64,000 nucleotides of DNA from NCBI GenBank assembly GCA_963755125.1, contig CAVWIP010000015.1:1-64000 (forward strand), written 5' to 3'. Position numbers and translations under genes: made by a program. The stretch's first letter is position 1, and every line of letters begins with the position of its first letter. The notes under the pieces were generated by a model. That model was given only the letters and a program-made list of their open reading frames with translations, did no database searches and was not told the origin of the DNA. Positions 56,773-64,000 of this stretch are shown here, in pieces. This stretch comes from an uncultured delta proteobacterium (GTDB lineage: Bacteria; Myxococcota_A; Polyangia; Fen-1088).

Positions 56773-56851
56773 TTGAGATGGGAACCCTGGGAAGGTTCCC
56801 AAACCCTCCCGCGATGGTCCGCGGCGAGCAAAGCTCGCCGGCTCCCCACGC
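56773..56851. repeat. Small structured repeat (MITE/REP-like), copy 1
   Basis: TTGAGATGGGAACCCTGGGA...CCAAACCCTCCCGCGATGGT...GCAAAGC...GGCTCCCCACGC shared with 63240-63375. Confidence 0.75.
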
Positions 56852-56959
56852 GCTCATGGGAGGCCTCCAGAACCCGCGACGTGTGCGTGCGAAGCGCGTG
56901 GGGCAGGGGGGGTGGGGCCAACGCGACTTGATTACCGTATATGCTCTGCCAGCCATCGG

Positions 56960-57230
56960 ACGCGCCGCGTGCGGATCGGCTGGATAGCGCGAGAGAAACA
57001 GCGCAGCCTGTCGCCCGATTTCGCCTCGGTCACGCTTGGCTGCCAAGGCTTCCAACGCGACGACGTCGGCATCCGGGGCAAGCGCGCCATCCGGGAAATC
57101 GCGATGGTAGCGCTGGATGAGACGTATGGCTTCATCGTACTCGCCGGTTGCGTTTGCGGCTCGCGCCGTGTCAATTCGCGAAACTTCCGCGGCCAGGGTC
57201 AACGTGTCCAGCACAAGCGTGTCAGCGGTT
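56960..57230 (-). pseudogene. C-terminal fragment of a myxobacterial anti-sigma/TPR-like protein
   Basis: TLAAEVSRIDTARAA...YHRDFPDGALAPDA...FLSRYPADPHAAR; no N-terminus. Confidence 0.6.
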
Positions 57231-57530
57231 TCGTCCCCAGGATTGGCCTGTGCGGCCCCTCCAGGGCCGGGGCCCCGGCTTGATGTCACAAAGCCGCCGG
57301 GCCGCAACCCAGAAGACCTCTTGGGCGGCATCGTCGAGTTGCGCGGGCAGCACGCCGAGGCGGCGCAAGAGCCGCCAGATCGAGGCGTAGTGCGTCTCGA
57401 ACAGCGAGAGCAGATCCATCACTTCGGCTTTGAGGGCAAGCGGACGGGCGGAGCGGGCGCGATCGGTCAAGTTGTCAACCTTGGCCGAGGTCGCGGCGAA
57501 CGGCAAATCGCCGGCGAAGATAGGATCCAT
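57222..57530 (-). pseudogene. Truncated ECF sigma factor (start of region 2 only)
   Basis: LFETHYASIWRLLRRLGV...DDAAQEVFWVAARRL then abrupt loss of similarity; no region 4. Confidence 0.7.
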
Positions 57531-57533
57531 TCA

Positions 57534-57975
57534 TCAGAAATGCACGCCTGCGCCCAGTAGGCCATAGGCCGCCCAGATCGAGGACCCGAAGATTCGGCTG
57601 CCGTCGGCCCGTTCTGCCGTGAGTTGACCGACGGTGAATCCACCGCCCAGCTTGGCCCCGATGTGGAAGACGGAACCGAAATTGTACTGCGCCTCGGCCC
57701 CGATATTCACCGTGCCGAAGCCGACGTCTTTCGACTGGATCTGCGTACCATCAGCCGCTTTGGTCCGCAGATACATGATGCCGCCGCCGTACTCGCCACA
57801 GAACAGGACCACCAGTCCTCGCGTGTCGTAGAGGGGAGACTGGCAGAGGCCGATTCCGAAGGAAAGCCCGCTCATGTCGGTCTTCGTGTCGGTCGACGCA
57901 TAAGTCGCGGGGCCAAGAAAGCCGACGTGAAGTTGAACGACCGGACCCGCGATTCGTTGGGCTAGCCCGCCTCGC
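57534..57975 (-). pseudogene. 5'-truncated outer-membrane beta-strand-rich protein fragment
   Basis: Alternating beta-strand pattern ending GAGVHF; in-frame stop upstream and no convincing start. Confidence 0.45.
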
Positions 57976-58053
57976 GATCACGAAAAATGCGACCCTGGGA
58001 ACACAGCGAAAGACCCCAAGCCGGAGGCTATCGCAGGGTTAGCTGGCCTTCGC

Positions 58054-58079
58054 ACTTGAGATCTGGCCGGATCTCAAGT
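58054..58079. promoter_or_regulatory. 26-bp near-perfect palindrome upstream of tRNA-Ser
   Basis: ACTTGAGATC-TGGCCG-GATCTCAAGT. Confidence 0.4.
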
Positions 58080-58095
58080 AGGACCAAGCATTCAC

Positions 58096-58189
58096 GGAGA
58101 GGTGGCCGAGAGGCCGAAGGCGGCGGTTTGCTAAACCGTTATACGGGCGAAAACCTGTATCGTGAGTTCGAATCTCACCCTCTCCGCCA
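58096..58189 (+). tRNA. tRNA-Ser (GCT)
   Basis: GGAGAGG/CCTCTCC stem, GCGGT-TTGCTAA-ACCGT anticodon arm, long variable arm, GTTCGAATC, GCCA end. Confidence 0.95.
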
Positions 58190-58195
58190 AAACTC

Positions 58196-60588
58196 GTGAC
58201 GGACAGCAGCCAGCAGACTCCGGCAGAGGACGAGACCGAGTTTTCGAGCTTGCGCAAGCGGGTGGCCGAGCTCGAGCTGGCGCTAGGCGAGCACCAGGCC
58301 CTGGAGTCGAGCTTCCGCGGTTTCATGTTGTTGCGCAGCGAGGGGGTCGTGCGCTACGACGGCGAGCCCAAGTTGCCTATCGACTGGCCGGCGCGCCGGC
58401 AGGCCGAGTTCCTGCTGGACCACGTGGTGGTGGCCGAGTGCAACCACGCCTACGCGCGCCTGTACGGCCTCGAACGCGCTGAGCAAATGGTCGGCGCATC
58501 CATGTGTGGCAACATGGCCGGCACCCGGGAAGAGAAGATCGCGCGTCTGTGCGACTTCGTTCGGGCCGGCTACCGGGTCGCGGATTTCGAGATACTCGAC
58601 GTGGATCGCCGCGGCCGCAAGATGTGGACCTCGAACACCATCATCGGCGTCATCGAAAAGCGCCACCTCATCTACGCCTGGGGGCTGCAGCGGGACATCA
58701 CGGCCGAGAAGGAAAAGCTTCTGACGTTGCAGCAAAGCGAGTCGGAGGTACAACGGCGCGCGGAGCAACTGGCGGGCGAGGTCGCTCTGCAAAAGCAGTT
58801 TGCCGAGAACGTCCTGCGCAGCATCGCCGACGGTGTGTTTACCATCGATGCGCGACACCGGATCACGTCGTGGAATCCTGGGGCGGAAGCCATCACCGGC
58901 CTGTCGGGGAGCGATGTCATCGGCCGGCCCTGCGGTGAGGTCTTGCACTCGGATTGGTGCGATGACCGCCCCCTGTGCGACAGCCTCGGCTGTCCCGCGG
59001 ATCGCGCGTGCGCCACTCGGCGTCCCTCGCCACGGATCGAGGTCACCCCGTCCTATCGGGACGGACGCAAGGTGGTGATGTCGCTGTCGGCGGCGCCACT
59101 GCTCGACGAGCGGGGTGAACCAGCCGGCGCGGTGTGCGTGTTCCGCGACGTCAGCCGCGAGCGAGAGCTGCTGACCAGCATCCAGCGGGCCAACGAGGCC
59201 AAGAGCCTGTTTCTGGCCAACATGTCGCACGAGATCCGCACGCCCATGAACGCCATCCTGGGCTTCTCTCAGCTCTTGCTCAAAGATCGCGCGCTGGGTC
59301 CCACCCAGCGCCAGCACATGGACACCATCGTGCGCAGCGGCCAGCACCTACTGGCGGTCATCAACGACATTCTGGACATGTCCAAGATCGAGGCTGGCCG
59401 TGTCGAGTTGAGCGTTGCCGCCTTCCATCTGCGCAGTCTGGTTTCGGACATGGCCGCCATCTTCCGCCTTCGAACCAACGCCAAGGGCTTGCTGTTTCGG
59501 GTCGAGATTGCCGAAAACCTGCCCTTTGTGGTGCGGGGTGATGGGGACAAGTTGCGCCAGATCTTCAGCAACCTGCTTGGCAACGCCATCAAGTTCACCG
59601 AGCGCGGCCATGTGATCTGGCGGCTGCGCGGCGAGCGCGTTTCCGACGGTGCATGGCGCTTGCTGGTGGACGTGGAGGACACGGGGTTGGGCATTCCGGC
59701 TGCTGACCTGGGACGGATTTTCGATGCCTTCTTCCAGACTGCCGCTGGCGTCCGCACCGGGGGTGGTGCCGGGCTGGGCCTTGCCATCAGTCGAGAGTTG
59801 GTGCGTCTGATGGGTGGCACAATCAGCGTCGACAGTGAGCCTGGCAAAGGCAGTTGTTTTCACGTCGCCGTCCGCCTGGAGGAGGGCGATGCCGCTCTCG
59901 CGACTGGCATCGATCCGGCGCGACGTGTGGTGGGGATCCGGCCCGGACAGGCGGCCTTTCGCGTCTTGGTCGTCGGCGAGGCCGGCGACGGCCCCGAACT
60001 TCTGGTCCCCATGTTGGACGCGGTGGGATTCGAGACGCGACAGGTTGCCGAGCAGGGCGAGGTCCTGCCGGTCTTCGAGGAATGGGCGGCTCACGCCGTG
60101 TTCGTGGACGTGACCGCGCGTGCGCCACGCGGCGGCGCAGTCGTCGAGCGGGTCAAAGCTTCGACCAGAGGCAAGCGCACACCGGTGGTGGCGCTGGTCG
60201 GCCGCGACAACCAGGCCGAGCGCCAACGGGCCGTGGCGGCCGGTGCGGACGATGTGGTCGGGGTACCCCTGCGACGGCCCGAGGTGTTCGAGAAACTGTG
60301 GGCCTGCCTGGGCGTGGAATACGTGTACCTTCGGTCGGACGCCACCGGCCGATCCGGGGCGGGCGGTCCGTTGACTCTGCTGTCGCTGCGGGACATCCTT
60401 GCTGCCGCGCCCGCGGTCTTGACCGACGGACTGCGCGATGCCACCACAGCGGGCGACTTCGATAGGATGCTTCTGCTCATCGATCGGATCACGGTGTACG
60501 AACCCAGGGCAGGCGTGGCCCTGCGGGCACTGGCCGATGGGTTCGAATACCAGCAACTCCTCGACACGCTGCCGCCGCGCGGGGAAAC

Positions 60589-60592
<4 letters not shown>
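58196..60592 (+). CDS. PAS-domain hybrid sensor histidine kinase
   Basis: Two PAS domains, NMSHEIRTPMN, GNAIKFT, DTGLG, GLGL, degenerate REC. Confidence 0.92.
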
Positions 60593-61695
<1,103 letters not shown>

Positions 61696-61723
61696 CCCCC
61701 AATTTGCGATACACTGCGACCCG

Positions 61724-62050
61724 ATGCTCGAGAAGTGGTCGCTCGTTGTCGCGGGTGCGGCCGTGCTCGCATCGGCCGCAGCACTCGCCATGCCCGTGGT
61801 GGTGCGCGTTCCCATCGTGAAGCCGCACGGCGCAGCCGATCCCGCCGACGCCGGGCTGTTCTCCCACTGGCTACACGACCAATATCCGTGTTTCGCCTGC
61901 CATCCGGCGATCTTTCCCAGGGCGCCCAAGGGCTTCACCCATGACGAGATGGATGAGGGCAAGTTCTGCGGCGCCTGCCACAACGGCCAGAGCGCCCCGC
62001 CGGCCAGCGGGGCGCGCGCGACCTGCCGCAAGTCGTGTCACGCCAAATGA
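61724..62050 (+). CDS. Small triheme c7-type cytochrome c
   Basis: Signal peptide, FSHWLH, CFACH, CGACH, CRKSCH. Confidence 0.8.
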   Translation: MLEKWSLVVAGAAVLASAAALAMPVVVRVPIVKPHGAADPADAGLFSHWLHDQYPCFACHPAIFPRAPKGFTHDEMDEGKFCGACHNGQSAPPASGARATCRKSCHAK

Positions 62051-63243
62051 CGAGTTGCCTGCACATCACACTTGCTCTGATCGCCATGGGTGGCCCCGTG
62101 GCCACGGCTCAGGCTGCGGATTCGTCGGCGCAGCCACCGGCCGCTGAGAATACGGAGGTGAGAGGAGAGGGCACGGAGAAGGCCGCGCAGGAATCTCCAC
62201 CGCCTAAGGCAGAGACTGAACCGGATCACGCGCACGAATCGCCTTTGCTGTTTCCCGGCGGTATCCGCATCGGCGGTCTCTTCGATGCGAGCTACGAGCG
62301 CGTGGATATGAATGGCAGCCTGAGCAGCGGCCAGAACGCCTTTCGCAACTATCACCACTTCGTGTTCATCTCGCGCCAAGGGGACGACATCCCCATCGGG
62401 TTCAACGCCGAGGTCATCAACCAGTACTTCTACGAGCTGACCGCGCGTTTGTGGCGAAAGGGCTCCTTTCGCGTGTCCGCGCGCGCGGGCAAGATCATGG
62501 TGCCGTTCGGGCCTGATCCACTGTTTCACAAGAACTACGGCGGGTTGAGCGCGATAGACCAGAAGCTCCTGCCCGTGGTGTGGTCGTCCTTCGGCGCCAG
62601 TGTGCGCGCCGATGCGTTGGTGAAAGGGTTTTCTCTGGCTGACGATCTCTACGTCGTGCAGGGCTTCGATCTGTCCGCCCGTGACAGCACCCTCGACATG
62701 CAGAGCGACCTGCAAGCGTACGACGGTGCGCGCGTGGCGGTGGGCGACCGCGTGTCCCTCTCGCGTGGGCCAGTGACGGCGTGGTATTCCCTGTACTGGA
62801 ATCCCATGCGTTTTGGCCGCAGCCTGCTCATGCAGGCAATTGACCTGGCGATCTGGCGTCCGGCATGGCCGGTGGTTAACCGACTGGCCTTGGGGGTGGG
62901 CCTGCTGCGGGCGCATGTGTCGACCGACAGCAGCTACGGCACGCCCAATGCTGTTCCCGACGCCGGCGCTTACTACGATTTCGCCGACTACGTGTGGTTG
63001 CGCGTCTACGCGAGCAACTGGCTGTACCTGCAGGCGCGCAGCGGGCTCATGACGTTCAACAACCACACGGGATTCTCCTACGATGCGGCGCGCGCCACCT
63101 CGGCCGACGGTTCACATCACAACCTGATGTTGGTCGCAGAGTGCGCCGGCGCCCAGTTCAGTCTGGGCTACTACTGGAACTTCGAGAAGGTGGACGAGTA
63201 CGCCAACGACTTCCTGCGCTTCATGGTGATGTATGCCTTTTGA
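62047..63243 (+). CDS. Putative outer-membrane beta-barrel (porin-like) protein
   Basis: Signal peptide, RAGKIMVPFG, aromatic-rich strands, C-terminal Y-x-F; ATGA overlap with the cytochrome. Confidence 0.65.
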   Translation: MTSCLHITLALIAMGGPVATAQAADSSAQPPAAENTEVRGEGTEKAAQESPPPKAETEPDHAHESPLLFPGGIRIGGLFDASYERVDMNGSLSSGQNAFRNYHHFVFISRQGDDIPIGFNAEVINQYFYELTARLWRKGSFRVSARAGKIMVPFGPDPLFHKNYGGLSAIDQKLLPVVWSSFGASVRADALVKGFSLADDLYVVQGFDLSARDSTLDMQSDLQAYDGARVAVGDRVSLSRGPVTAWYSLYWNPMRFGRSLLMQAIDLAIWRPAWPVVNRLALGVGLLRAHVSTDSSYGTPNAVPDAGAYYDFADYVWLRVYASNWLYLQARSGLMTFNNHTGFSYDAARATSADGSHHNLMLVAECAGAQFSLGYYWNFEKVDEYANDFLRFMVMYAF

Positions 63244-63775
63244 GATGGGAACCCTGGGAGGGTTCGCTTCGCCCTTCGGCCCCCCACCCGCCCCGCCGCC
63301 GCGCTCGCTCCGCTCGGCCTCGCCAAACCCTCCCGCGATGGTACGCCGCCGGCAAAGCCGGCGGGCTCCCCACGCAATTCGAAGCGCATTCTTCTGCTTG
63401 CTGTCGGTGATCCTGCTCGCCGGGGCTTGCGCAGATTTTCGGCGTGGTCCGCCGCCTGATGGATCCCCTGACGGACCAGCACTTGTCGATGATCCCGTGT
63501 TCGACAACAGCGTCTACCCCATCCTGCTGTCCGACTGTCAATCCTGCCATTCGCAGGGGGGCGAGGCTGGGTTCAGCCGGTTCGTGCTGACCGGGAATGC
63601 GCAGGCAGATCGGGCCATGGTTGTGGCGCTGGTCTACCCCGATTATCCGGATGGCAGTCTGCTCTTGCAGCGCGCGACTGGAAACGACCACCCCGGCGGC
63701 CAGGTCATAGCCGTAGACAGTCCAGAATATGCGACGATCCGCGACTGGATAGCGAGTCTGCCTACCGCACCGTGA
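63233..63775 (+). CDS. Monoheme cytochrome c lipoprotein (start 63233 or 63338)
   Basis: LLAGAC lipobox, VYPILLSDCQSCH, PDGSLLL, HPGG, IRDWI. Confidence 0.7.
   Translation: MPFEMGTLGGFASPFGPPPAPPPRSLRSASPNPPAMVRRRQSRRAPHAIRSAFFCLLSVILLAGACADFRRGPPPDGSPDGPALVDDPVFDNSVYPILLSDCQSCHSQGGEAGFSRFVLTGNAQADRAMVVALVYPDYPDGSLLLQRATGNDHPGGQVIAVDSPEYATIRDWIASLPTAP
63240..63375. repeat. Small structured repeat (MITE/REP-like), copy 2, with internal insertion
   Basis: Same ends as 56773-56851 with about 57 extra bases after GGTTC. Confidence 0.75.
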
Positions 63776-63802
63776 TTGGGCAGCAACCCGCTGGTGGGAA
63801 GA

Positions 63803-64000
63803 TCAATCGCCGCGCAGGCGTTCGATTAGCCTTTCCTGCTCATCGCGCGACAAGGCCCAGTCGCTGATGGGGTAGACCAGATGTTCCTCGTCTTCGTGGT
63901 GGCGGGTCAGGCTGCGCCGCACTTGCGGCAAGAGGGCTTCGCTGGCCAGGACATCCTGCCTGGCAAAAGCCGCTGCCAGCTCGGGGAGAAGGGCGCGCAA
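63803..64000 (-). CDS. C-terminal part of a hemerythrin/HHE cation-binding domain protein (runs off window)
   Basis: LTRHHEDEEHLVYP (H-x3-E-x3-YP-like). Confidence 0.6.
   Translation of the reverse strand: MRALLPELAAAFARQDVLASEALLPQVRRSLTRHHEDEEHLVYPISDWALSRDEQERLIERLRGD

Overview
High-GC bacterial DNA whose gene content (Ser/Thr kinase-PEGA/TPR/Cys-rich lipoprotein clusters, ECF sigma remnants, c-type cytochromes) suggests Myxococcota (inference). Bases 1-18.7 kb are an accessory defence region ending in an excisionase-like HTH gene and a tyrosine integrase next to the 3' end of tRNA-Asp. It holds a class I DISARM-like locus: an adenine methyltransferase running off the left edge, then drmA, drmB and drmC. 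A ~6.5 kb cargo splits the locus between the methyltransferase and drmA. The cargo has an Abi_C/HEPN gene, a head-to-head pair of ThsB-like TIR paralogues, a larger TIR protein, a stand-alone SLOG protein with no Sir2/Macro effector, an XRE-ImmA/IrrE gene and toxin-antitoxin parts. The TIR/TIR/TIR/SLOG module is the best candidate for an unusual or undescribed system. The rest is mostly core genome: leuS, PPi-PFK, fba, tig-clpP-clpX, lon, four tRNAs in total and two-component genes. An 11 kb block separates clpX from lon and includes a GH48 lipoprotein. Other notable items are an eight-repeat zinc-ribbon protein, a decayed sigma/anti-sigma cluster between two tRNA-Ser genes, a small structured repeat with covarying hairpins, and a cytochrome-porin-cytochrome triplet. 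All calls come from motif reading by eye; no database searches were run.
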